The notes under the pieces are model-generated. The model saw only the letters and a list, made by a program, of their open reading frames with translations. It searched no databases and was not told the DNA's origin. Made by a program: the position numbers and the translations under genes. A stretch of 64,000 nt of DNA, taken from contig CM102285.1 in NCBI GenBank assembly GCA_046563655.1, positions 10,044,001-10,108,000 on the forward strand, read 5' to 3'. This document shows positions 38,601-51,008 of the stretch, in pieces; within the stretch, counting starts at the first letter, position 1; each line of letters opens with the position of its first letter. This DNA comes from Yuukianura sp. NJ FZ-2021. Its lineage: Eukaryota.

Positions 38601-41600
38601 CTCCTTACGACAAAGTGAAGTATCCCTTGCACCTTCATCACTCCCATCAGCACAGTGTTTCACACCGTCACACAATTTACTGATTCCAACGCAAACTTTG
38701 TTGTTATCACACAGTCTTGACGGAAATTCACAACGAGGCGTTTTCGCCGGGCATCTCAGCTCATCACTCCCTAATTTTAAACAAAAATTAATAATTTCCG
38801 TCACAAAATAACACTATTGGACTGATAATTGTTGATTGATGATTGATTATGTACCGTCAATGCAATCAGGAGAATTGTCTAACAGAATCAAATCGAAATT
38901 AATTATCTTTTACTTTTCAAGAATGAAATTGAAATTGTATTTGCCGTTTTTAGCTGAAAGGTTAGGCTGGTTAAAAAGCACAAAAGTCTAAATTTCGAAG
39001 CGCCGACCCTCTCAAAAACTTATTTTTTCTATAAGAAAAATTTCAAAAAAAAAAAATTCCCAATTTTCCAACGTTAAAGGGTCGCTCAGATCACTTAAAT
39101 AAGCTTACATTTAAATTTTTCAATCAGCTGCAGATGTGATCAAAGTTTCATTAATTAGTGTCAATCATAATTCAAATTAGTAATTGGTAAGTGCAAATAC
39201 CAAATTTACTTTTGCTGTGTCTAAAATTTCGAATTTGACATATTGGGAATTCCGGTGTTTTGAACACTTTTTCTAATTGCAGTTAGGTTTAACGGTTGTC
39301 ATTGTACCCGTTGTTGTCCCAACTCGGTAGAGAGTTATTTTGTGTAACAAAAATGGGATAATTAATTATTTAAGTTAATTATGAAATAATTAAACACAGA
39401 ATTTGTCACATGGTGCAACCATCCAACGGAAGATGAAAAGTTGCCACACCATGTGGGTACAATGAGGATTTAAGCCTTACTGTAGACTTCGGACACGTTG
39501 AGCGACCCTTCATCGTTAAAAAATTGAACTTTTTTTTTCACCAAAATTTTTCTTTCGCAAAAAATTTTCATTTGAAAGGGTCGGCCAAAAAATTTAATTA
39601 GCATTGTTCTTCCCATTTGCTTTTTAACCACCCTACTGAAAGGTCTTACCGCAGCGGAAATAATGCGGAATACATTCACCGGAGGTGATACACCGCCAGC
39701 TATTCGGTGTGCAGGTGATGTTTGCTGCAAAGACAAAGGGAATACATTTCAGCTCATCTTGTATCGAAAAAACGTTAAAGTAAAAGCAACTCACTGCATT
39801 CTTCGTTTGAAACGTATAGGTCAAAATATGATGCCAACTGGCAGTTATCCGTGGGAACATTGTTCAAATTGTAAGCACATGGCGGAATTTGCCCACCACA
39901 GTTATACTCATCGGAAGCGTCTAAATAAAAAATTTAATATGAAACCATTATCTAAAGAGGGATTAGCTCTACGGTTACTCACCAGAACAGTGGCATATTT
40001 GATCGCAAATCTGTGATTGTTCCAAGCATTTTGAATCAGCTGCACAATAATACTTATTTGTCAGGTTGCAATGAGTTTCGCAATCTCGTTCATCAGTCAT
40101 GTCTGTCCCAGGACAATCCTGAACACCGTTACAGACGTTTTCCAGAGGGATGCAAAATTTTGTGTCACACTCAAACTGCAACGGAGTACATTCCGGATGA
40201 CCTATATAGATTTTTAAAAAACAATTTGCACCATAAAGTGAATGCCTCCGATTAAAAATTAACTTACTGCAACTCTCGTGTTCGTCGCTTTTGTCATCTC
40301 TCCCGTTCGCTGAACAATCCACAACTCCATCTATAATAAAAGATACACAGAATGGAGTGTTTAAATATTAATAAATCGTTAGTTGAAACAATTAATACAC
40401 ACCACAAACCCAAGATGAAGGGATACATCGCTTGCTAACTTCACACTGAAATTCCGATTCATGACAAGTGATGGTGGAATTACTGCAGTACTTATGTTGC
40501 TCTATCAGTCAAAACAAAAAATCAACACCTCGCTTATTCTGTAAAACTTAGTACCGGAATCAAAAACCACTTACCGTCACTGGAATCCCCGCAGTCATCA
40601 GCACCATTGCACAACAATGCTTTGGGTATACATTTCCCTTCTCCACAATGAAAGTAATTTAGTCCGCATAAACCCGGTTCATACGCTGCAAAACGACCCA
40701 ACCAAATAAAACCCACGTGAAAAACGTTTACCAATGCTGATATTCGAATCCCAGAATTTAGCAAAACTTACAGCATGGTCCATCTTCAGAGCTTTCCTCT
40801 AAATGGCAAAACATAGTTCTTCACATTTAAATAACTTTGAAAAGGTAGTAATTATGGAAAAGCGCAAAACGCTTACCATCACTGGAATCTCCACAGTCGT
40901 CTATGGAATTGCAAACCAAGCTAAAACAAAAGGAGAGATCAGTCACTAACTAAAATAAATTGAGTAAGGTCAATGTTCAATTAACTAAAAGTACCTGAAT
41001 GGGATGCATTTTGGAAAATTGGTACACTGAAATTCTGAGGCATTACATGCGAGAGGATGTCTGTAGTTGTTGATCTTTTCACATACTTTCGCGTCTGCAG
41101 AAATCTTATAGCCATCTCGACACTCACAGGCTGAAAACGGCGCTTCTGGAATACCAAAACACAGTTCCGGACATCCATTGTTTCCAGTGCAGCGATTCCC
41201 CTCTGCGAATAAAAAATTAATTATTACGTTGTTTTTTGTTTTTACATTACTTTTATATGAATATTACATTACAAGGATCTGAATTTTCCGAAAACAAATT
41301 TTGTACAAAAAAAGCGTGAGGAAATGGCTTAAAAAGTACTAGGAAGGAAAAAAATCGGCAAAAAAGGTTGTTGCTTTTTTCCTTACCTCTTTGAAGACTA
41401 ATGTCGTACACCTTAATTTGTGCAGCAGCATCAATAGTGGCCACGGTTTGTGTTGTAGATACGTTCCCAAAATCCACTCGAAGAATTGTCCCAGTTGGGC
41501 TACTCGCATAGTGGGTATCTCGAAAAATGTTGCTGCTCATACTAACGTAGAGAGCATTTTTGAAGAATGTCATTCCGACCGGGACGTGGCTCTCTTTGTC

Positions 41601-44600
41601 TGAGAACTGATGAATTAACTAGAAAGTAAAATAGAAATCAGCACTTTGATCTCGCTGAGAAAATAAATTCTACTCACTTCAGTCCGACCAGTTTTGATGT
41701 AGAGGCGTTCGATCTTGAGTGTAGCGAGGTCAACCCAGTACAAGAAGTTGTTCTCATGGTCTAGGGTCAAACCAAGCGGCCAAATAAGGTCAATCACTGC
41801 TCTCGACCTTCTCTCGCCGTTCATCCACGCTTTTCCAATCCAACCCGCCTTGTCTACCACCGTCGTTGACCAGCAAGACCAAAATATTAAACTGCAAAAG
41901 ATATTGTTAATAGTGGTAAACGAGAAACATTTCGAAAACATATTCTCGGAAAAACCATACCCGGCTTTCGGAAATACGACGATAGACTTCACATTTTCCA
42001 AATCAGTGTTAACAAGAAGCTTCCGATACTCAGGATGATCCAAATGTGCTACGTAAATGACCTTCAGATTCTCGTCCGTCCAATACAAGTTCCTTCCAGC
42101 CCAATCCACTGCAATTCCTTCAGAGTGTGAAACTCCACCGTCCAGAAATACTTCGCTTGTTGTGTTATATAGGCCCTTGGATTTGATTCTGAATCTTTTG
42201 GAGTCCGTGTAGTAGATCTTGGAGGTTGTAGAATCGTAATCAATTGCAGAATTCACAACAGTATCAATAATGGGAATTGTTGCATCCGAAGTATTTGTCA
42301 GAAGAGAAAAAGTTCGAACTCCACCGGGTCGAGATTTTGAGTACAAAATGAACTGCTGTGCAACTTTCTCTAAAAGTTTCAACGAAAACGTACACATTAG
42401 AACTGAAATCGCTAAAATAACGACTATATGAAAACAAAAATATGAAACTGAGAACCGATGCCACCTTTCAATGAAATTCAAAGATTCATTCTTACGTTTG
42501 CATGACCTCTGGTTGCTTTCCAGTACAAATCCTTCACGGCACAGACATTTCCCATCGGGTTCTTCACTTGATGTCACAAAAAAGTCCGTGCATCCTTTGG
42601 AAGTGGACAGCAACGCTAAAGACAACAAAACATTCAACGCAATTTCGCACTACTTTCACTATACAAAAAAAACTTACACGTTGGCTGGATTTGTCTATGG
42701 TAAACTTGGATTCCCAGAGGGCTGGTCAAGTTCCTCATAAGCGTTGTATGATTCTTCCCACTGGGATTGAATTTGTGGAAAGTTAGGAGTTCCTTCGAAG
42801 TGAGGACGTACAGCCAATTTTCAAAGACGCTGATTTGTCTCAAGTGCTGAATCTGTGAAACACAAATACAAAATTTTAACGGCGATGCCGTTACTAAGTA
42901 CAACAATTTAGCTTTTAGCATCACTTGCACCATACCCCTCTGTACATTGTCCTCCTATTTCCACCATTGTAATTGATTCGCTCAACAGCATCAAGGAAAC
43001 GGTCCACCCAAAATATCTCCGACCTTGGTAGGTCAAGAGTAACCCCCTCTGGGTAAACGATTTTGGAAAACACCAAATTCCGACGATTAGTACCGTCTGC
43101 ATTTGCCCTCTCCAGTTTCGCCCCGCTTCTTCCCCACACCGTGAAGAACATTAATCTGTTGAAAACAAAGCCAAGTTCATAACAATTACATAGGCATTTC
43201 AGATTTCAGAATAAGTTATTCTGGCGTACCCCCTATTGCTGTCCATTGCAATCGACCTAGGTTTGGACACATCAGAATCTACCACTGTTTTACAAAGTTC
43301 AAGCCCATTGGTACACATGTAAATGATTTCCAGTCCACTGTCCATGAAGTAGTAGTTGAAGGTCACCCAATCGTACACGACTTCATATACATCTAAAAAA
43401 TGAAACATTCATAAAAGAACTGACATTTTCATGAGAATTTCGATTTGAGCTAACCCTGGAGGGAGTACAAATATGGCTGCCTGTTATCCCAGTAATTTTG
43501 CAAGTTGTTTGCCAGCGCGCATCGAAACGTTGAGCTGCCTCCACCCTTTTGACTGTGATTTATCCAACAAACTGTTCTGTTGAAATGGTCAAAGGTGACG
43601 CCGGGAATAACAGTAGCGGAATCTGCTGTGTACGGAGCGTTACGCGAATAGACGGATCCATTTTGATATAACCAAGATATTCCACGCAAATCGTGATACA
43701 AAAGCAGGGGAATTGACCCTCGTGGAACTAAAAATAAAAACAGTCAGTTTTAACTATTCCTAAATTCTCTTCTTTTGATCAAAAGTGAATTTACGTCTGG
43801 CTTACCATCGAGAGCTTTGCATTCCCGTCCATCCACCAAATCGTAGCCTTTGGCGCATTCACAAGATGGAGGACCATTAACATTTGCGTGACAAATGTGA
43901 TCACAAGTATCATCAAACAAGCATTTGTTCGTAGCTGTCGAAATAAGTCAATTACATATTTATAAGGAGATTGTTCAGATAAACGCCAATTTCAAAATGA
44001 TGTTTGCAGTCTTACCTACGCAATCACTTCCGTTGTATTCCTTCCCTAGAAGAAAAATTGTATGCTTGAATCATGAATCAGATCTTATAGTGGTTGCAAA
44101 ATATTCTGCTAACCTGCTGCGCAGTAGCAGATAGGTCCCTTCTCCGATGGTTTGCATCCATATTTGCAATGAAGCGCGTCCAAGCAAATTGTTGTGTTTC
44201 TGCAAAATTGGTCTGTTTCATCCGAGCCATCCGGACAATCGGAAATCTGGTCACATAGACTCGAAATTGGGATGCAAGTGAAGCCATCTTTACATTTGAT
44301 CCAATTCTTCGCACATGGATTTGCGGTCGTGCCTGAAATATAAACAGACAGTTTTATTTATTTGTCTTTGCCAATGTGTTACTGCTCACAATTCGCACAA
44401 GTTTTATGCTTACATTCTTCGTCTTCCTCGTCGGATAAATCTAGCAAGAACCCTGCCTGGAAACCACAGTCCGGTGTAGAATCGCATTTGAATCCAGCTA
44501 CAAGGAAGAAACAAGAAATGAAACCAGAAGATGTTAAAGTTGCTAACTGTATTTTTGAAAGTTGTGGCGAACCTGGAATGCATTTTTTCGATTGTTTACA

Positions 44601-45504
44601 CTGAAATAGTCCGGGACGGCAAGAGACGTTAGCTGGAATACACAATAATCAGTTAGTATTTGGCTTGAGGAAGGGATTTGAAAATAACAAACTGAAACAG
44701 GTCAAGGGTCAAAGAACAAAACTTTTGACTTTTACCGCAATTGTCTTCATCGCTGCCATCTATACACTCTTCTACTCCGTTACAAATTTGATCCTTAGAT
44801 ATACATTCCAGTTTATCTTTGCACAAATATTCATCGAGTCCGCAAAAAATACCTCCTGCAAAATAAAATTATAAACATTGTAAATAGGAATTACTAGCCT
44901 GAAACCCGTGATGCTAACGCATCACGAAATTCACTTGAAGCACTAGGTCATACTCGGGTCAAACGAAAAAGCTAGTGGATTTTTGACATGAAGGAAGGAT
45001 GATTTGAAACATTTTGTCAAAAATCCGCTAGCTTTTTCGTTTGACCCGAGTATGACCTAGTGCTTCAAGTGGGTTTCTGGCTAGTTGAATAGAAAATGTA
45101 TTGTAAAGGCGGGGGGGCAAGCCCCCCGGACCCCCCCCCCTGCTTTTGAGTTGAGATGGAATTTGTGGAAGTCTGTGCTTGGAGGAGTAATGTAAAAGGG
45201 ACACACCAGGATCGTTCCACTCTTCCAAGCAGAGCGTTTTTTCTACATACAGTTTGCTTTGGCATGGGTTTTCCCATTGTGACGGAGGGACACTCGTCAA
45301 TTAGAGTATGATGAGTTCGGTTACTTATGCTTTGTTACGCTAAAACTTTTACAGACGTATAATTTCCATACCCCGAACAACGCCATCGTCCTCTCGTAAA
45401 GTTTGAATGAGATCATTTCCGAAAACGCTGACGAAAATCTTCAATAAAGTAAGTAAAACTCCTAAATACTGTACAGGAGGTAGCTTCAATTGTCGCTGAG
45501 CCAT
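23624..45504 (-). CDS. LRP1: Low-density lipoprotein receptor-related protein 1 (giant LDLR-family endocytic receptor), ~80 exons
   Basis: First coding exon 45504-45372 ([29 protein letters not shown], signal-peptide-like). Four LDLa clusters (3, 8, 9 and 11 units by my count) are separated by EGF and YWTD beta-propeller modules. Furin-type RRRR site at 27527-27538 in the last propeller; ~10 C-terminal EGF repeats; TM helix ([28 protein letters not shown], ~24490-24573). The cytoplasmic tail with [11 protein letters not shown] and DEKKGLL...DHPLA matches LRP1 rather than megalin. Stop TAA at 23626-23624. Confidence 0.93.
38963..39635. mobile_element. 673-bp MITE with TAGG...CCTA termini and 9-bp TSD (Mutator-like TSD length)
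   Basis: Left end TAGGCTGGTTAAAAAGCA and right end TGCTTTTTAACCACCCTA (17/18 inverted match). CTGAAAGGT directly flanks both sides (38954-38962, 39636-39644). Subterminal inverted blocks ccgaccct/agggtcgg and gggtcgctca/tgagcgaccc. Confidence 0.85.
44894..45311 (-). mobile_element. 418-bp non-autonomous Helitron in the first coding intron of LRP1
   Basis: Minus strand reads host A | TCATACTCTAAT... and ends with hairpin CGTGATGC-gtta-GCATCACG, 9 nt, CTAG | host T. There is no TSD. Removing it leaves a 98-bp intron, typical for this gene. Confidence 0.8.
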
Positions 45505-48500
45505 GTCAAGTTTAAGCTACACTGTCTTCACAACATTTTCACAACAATTTTTCCGTACGTAGGAAGTCCATGTTTGAAGTTCAGTCTTTGCAGTTGATAG
45601 TTTTAAGAGAGCAGCATCAAAATCACAACCACTGTTTTCTAATAAGTCGGAATTAAATCTTGTTTCACTGGTTCGTAACACTGTTTAAGCGCGTTCGGTT
45701 CGTGGTAAGCAGATGCCACATTTGAGACAACGATTCTGGATCCGCTGTGGACGGCGAGAAATTTTCCAGTTCTAGCGACGGTCTACGATATTGAGATTCT
45801 TGTTATGATTTGAGAGAGCGACGTCTGAGTACTAGAATTTGAATAGCTTATTCATCAGTTTAAATGCAATCTTCGCTGATGCTGATGAGGCGCTTTTCAG
45901 AAGGGATGAATTTTAGGTCTGCAACGCATCTTCAATTGAATCATTTCGCTTGCTCCAACCCCATCATCTACAATAACATTCAAATAATAATAAAATTTTA
46001 AAGTAAATCTTCGTAGTTAGATTCCCATACCACTACACACTGCACACCGATGCGGATAAGTAAAAGTAGCGCAATAAAGATAACAGCGAAATATCGCTTC
46101 AGAAATCAGAACACGCCCAAGAGTTGCCATAATTCTGTAATTCGCACATTAGATTAGTGGCCCACTAATAGTGGGTCAATGATCACATTTCGGTGGGGCC
46201 ATTTATTACCCGGCTCGGGCCAATAAAAGTGAAAGGGCTTTGGCATTGGCTTCGCTTTAATCTGCAACAAAGCATCATGAAAACCTATCTGACATGTACA
46301 ACGGCGACATCATATTTTCACCATACGAAAGTACGTCAAAGTATCCCTCCCCATCGTCAGTTTAGTTGGCTTCATCTGTTACTCATTAAAATAGATTGGA
46401 TGAACTGTCGAGAAAAAAACCAAAGTCAGCACTCAGCGGCATTGATTGACAGCAGTTGGTGCTTTTTATCTGGACCGGCACTTGATTCAACTTACATACT
46501 TAAATTAAGGAGTTGAAAGATGATGAGATGCAATGATCTTTCATCTCCTTCATAAGTAGTTACTAATACATACGTTGTTTAATCTATATACATAAAAAAT
46601 ATATTAAAATGCTTTTGTCGTTTCAAATTATGATTTACTACAGATTTAAACCAACCAGCCAGTTCAACTGGATGTTACTTTGTTACACTTCCGATTTTTG
46701 GTCATGTTTTGGGAGTGTCCAGCAAGGTCTGCCCGTAGAAACGAATTCGACAAATGAATTATTACAAATCCCATCCCTCTCCCTCATAATTTCTCTGTCA
46801 ATCGTAACGAGTTCCACTTTCCGCTAAAAAGTACGTGGATACTGGACACTGGACAGATAGTATTGAGTGTTACTTGGAAAAAATGGCTAAACGGGTTTAC
46901 CGGATTTAAAAAACTGCATAGCATCCCCTCCGTTCTGCTCCCAAATTAAAGTGAGATGTTGAATGTGAGTGGCAGGCAACTGGCAAGGCAAATGGAAGAT
47001 TTGTAATTAAACACCCCACAATACTACGCACTCGCCCCAATGAGGATTTAGCTCCAAATGGACAAATGGAGCATTTAACTCCACTGGGACATAGCCTGAG
47101 AATGAATGACAATAGAGACACACAGAGTAACGTGCCAGTTTCCCAGGTTGCTTTGTTGTTGCTTTCACTTCGAATGTAAATACATCACCGACTGTTATAA
47201 CTATAACTGCTGCTGCTTTTTTTCTTACCTGAGGTATGTTGTCAAATTCTGAAATTGTTCCGGAGAATAGGAGAAAGAGATAAACAAATCTCCGTCCTCC
47301 GTCGTCGTTGTCTGCGTCTCTCCAGAGGTTTTGTGCGCGATGACAAGAGGATCTTTTAGGTGAAGAAAGTGAAGGGTGCTCCTAGTAATCACACTTCTGG
47401 GAGATTCTGAAGACAGAAAGATGCGATGTTATGAAGGAGTTTGTGCACTGTGCTTTGGATGGGGCTTGGGACTCGGGGAGACCAAAACAAACACATGATC
47501 ACAATGCTAAAAAGAATGCATCTTCTCCAAATCCCACTCACTTCCACTTTCACTTTTCTTCGTCGGGAGATACGAGATTGAAGATAAGCGAGATCTCCCA
47601 TTCTCCAGCAGCATAACAGGACCTTTTATCAAACAGCGGTGAGACAAAGGATAAACAAACGCAGTCGCAGCACAAAAAAAAACGTTTATTCCTAGCGAAA
47701 AGAATTGACATTGGCAATTGCGAAATACTAAATGGCACTAGAACGTTTAAGAGAAGGTTGAAAATAAAATCAAAAACAGTTGGACTATTGTAAGTCTAGG
47801 TATTTGGTTTCATTTAAATAAAGTATAAATAATCAGTGATTAATTACAATTTATTGTTTTCTAAGTTAAACTTATAGCTGTTGCTCATCTCTCTAATTCG
47901 GTGTTAATTGATTTATTAGGATTACTAAATATCGTTTTGCTTTTGCAATGGCATTTTATGTTTAGCAACAACTGGTAAATGAATAAAGTAGAAAGCGCGA
48001 AATTCAAAAAAAAAATTATCCGTCCTGAAATATGGAAAGAACTCACCACCCTTTCACTACCCAAAAATTTCAGAGATGTGCAATATGCTAATTAATTTTT
48101 TCACACTAACGTTACTTCAAGATATACTACAAAATGCTAATTATTACCTTTAATTACTGTTGAATTGATACTTACTCTAACTTGATTTTTGATTACAAAA
48201 CCTCAGCACAAATAAATACTGATGTAGATTTAGCCCAGCTTAGAACGTATGAAGTTCCTGCACACGTTTGTTCTGCCTTGCTTCAGTTGACCAGCTGAAA
48301 TTTTAATTTACTTTGCACGGATCTTTTATCAGAGATGAATGAATAACATAGCACAGGAACAGGTGACTCATTTTTACAGTTTTAGGAAATTTGCAAATTG
48401 GGATTTGATTTTAATAAACAGTGGTTCTGGTTAGCGCAATTTTAATTGTGTGTGGATTGCCAAAATTGATCGTCGCTAAAGAACGACGGAGGGAAAGGAA

Positions 48501-48651
48501 ATAAAGGGAAGTACAGAAGACCCACCCAACCCATTGCGTCGAGAGGGAGGGGAACCTTTAGCTCCAAATCGTCAATCCGCATCTCCAAATCGTTTACATT
48601 TCCAGCTCGGTTAACATAAGCTTTGACTTCACTGTTTGCGTAAAATTGACT

Positions 48652-50446
48652 ATGGCTTCGGGGAGTACTTTACAGGTTAGTCTTGACTCCGTTTCTGTTG
48701 CTTACTGTAAAAGTAGATACGCTTTACAAATTTTTGTATACTATTTTTTTAGAAAGCCATTGACTTAGTCACGAAAGCGACTGAAGAGGATAGAAACAGG
48801 AATTACGATGAAGCCCTTCGTCTTTACGAACATTCAGTGGAATACTTTCTGCATGCCATAAAGTGTGAGTTTCATTTTGCTCGTTTGATCTAAAACTTTT
48901 GGAAATAAGGTTTTTCAAATGTATTTCGACGTGTCATTTCAGATGAGGCGCAGAATGACAAAGCAAAGGAAACTATTCGACAAAAATGTTTGCAGTATTT
49001 GGAACGAGCTGAGAAAATTAAGGAGTACATTCGGGAATCGTCTAATAAAAAGAAGCCAATGAAGGCCGGAGAATCTAGCAAGTAAGTACAGCCTGGAACC
49101 CTGCAGAACCGCACTGCATATTCTTTTGTTATTAGGATTACTTTAGTTGCTACGTTTTGTTTTAACCCAGGAAAAACGGTGGCAAGGACGATAGTGACAG
49201 CGATGAAGATCCGGAGGCAAAGAAGTTGCAAGCCAAGCTCGAAGGAGCAATTGTAATTGAGAAGCCCAATGTCAAATGGTCAGACGTTGTCGGTTTAGAA
49301 GGTGCGAAAGAAGCCCTAAAGGAGGCTGTCATTTTGCCTATTAAGTTTCCACATCTTTTCACTGGAAAACGCACTCCTTGGCGTGGAATTCTTCTGTTTG
49401 GCGTAAGTTTGTTTGTCTCATCTCGTCAGTAATAAGTAGAAAATGATTTCATGATCTGTCAATAGCCACCGGGAACTGGAAAATCCTACTTAGCCAAAGC
49501 TGTTGCGACAGAAGCGAACAATTCAACATTCTTTTCCGTATCGTCATCTGACTTGGTCTCTAAATGGCTGGGAGAGTCTGAAAAGCTTGTCCGGAATTTG
49601 TTTGATCTGGCCCGAAGTCACAAGCCATCCATTATATTTATTGATGAAGTGGACTCTCTCTGCTCGTCTCGATCTGATAATGAATCCGAGAGTGCTCGTC
49701 GCATCAAGACTGAGTTCCTGGTACAGATGCAAGGAGTTGGAAATGACACTGAAGGAATCCTTGTCCTTGGGGCTACGAATATACCATGGGTCCTTGATTC
49801 TGCTATTCGTCGTCGATTTGAGAAACGAATTTACATCCCACTTCCAGAAGAGCATGCTCGAACAGGAATGTTTAGAAACAATTTAGGAAGTACACCGAAT
49901 ACTCTTACTGAGGAGGACTTCAAAACACTAGGAAGGAAGACAGAAGGGTAATGACAACACATACTTATGTTCACGCGGTCTCCCAGTGCTGTAATTCGTG
50001 TTAAACTTTGCAGTTACTCTGGAGCTGATATAAGCATTGTCGTCCGAGATGCCCTCATGCAACCGGTGAGGAAGGTACAAACGGCGACTCATTTTCGAAA
50101 AGTCAGTGGTCCTTCAAGGACAGATCCAAATGTCATTGTGGACGACTATTTGACTCCATGCTCCGCGGGTGTACCCGGTGCTATTGAAATGACATGGGCC
50201 GATGTGGCAGATGGGGACAAGTTACTAGAACCGCCAGTTACAATGGTGAGTCTTATAAAAAATACACTGATTCACAAGAGTACTTAACGCGAACGCGATT
50301 CATGAATCTACCCCAATGCATTGCTTACTCTTGTTATATTTTAGAGTGACATGCTAAAGTCCCTTGAGACTTCAAAACCCACTGTGAATGAGGAAGATTT
50401 GAAGAAGCTGACCAAATTCACAGCCGATTTCGGACAAGAAGGATAA
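48652..50446 (+). CDS. VPS4: Vacuolar protein sorting-associated protein 4 (MIT domain plus AAA+ ATPase), 440 aa
   Basis: Exons 48652-48675, 48753-48864, 48943-49081, 49171-49402, 49466-49947, 50014-50245, 50345-50446. MIT helix [13 protein letters not shown], Walker A GPPGTGKS, Walker [28 protein letters not shown]-terminal FTADFGQEG*. Confidence 0.97.
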
Positions 50447-51002
50447 ATGAGCACTGTAATGCTGGAGTAACCTTAAGGAAAGTGCGAAACGCAAAATTGC
50501 CTATCCAACTTAAGATTTACATCAGATAACGTTAATTCAATTATTTCCTTACTAATATTTAAGTTCAAAGTGTTAAAGAATGCCGCTGAACCATTTCTTC
50601 ACCAAGTTAGCCTTTAAGATTCTTTCCGGACAACACAAATATGTGATGCACTAATTATAAGTTCAACCTTAATTGCAAACGAGGTCAAGGCTCTTAGTAT
50701 TTTTTCCTACCCAAATGGCATACAATCATGAGCAAAAGTTTAATTGTTTTAAAGTCTTCTGAGGTCAAAATTCAACCGAATTTGTCATTTTCAAAAAATC
50801 TAGGTTACTTATTTTCAATTGTGGGAATGCAAAAGGCTACATGACTTTCCCACACAAGCATCTTAAATACACTTTGTGTTGTATGATTTTAAAAAGTTCA
50901 GCAGTGTAAATGACGCTCCTTTTTGTTAGGAGTTTGGCACACAAAAGTTATGAAACTTTGAATTTTAAGTTAAGCTGGGGGCCGGAAGTTGAGTATTTCT
51001 AG

Positions 51003-51008
51003 AATAAA
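51003..51008 (+). terminator. Putative polyadenylation signal of VPS4
   Basis: AATAAA about 560 nt after the stop. Confidence 0.45.

Noticed and set aside
23624..45504. Megalin/LRP2 or vitellogenin receptor identity
   Set aside because: The small first LDLa cluster, furin RRRR site in the last propeller, long C-terminal EGF run and short LRP1-like tail all favour LRP1.
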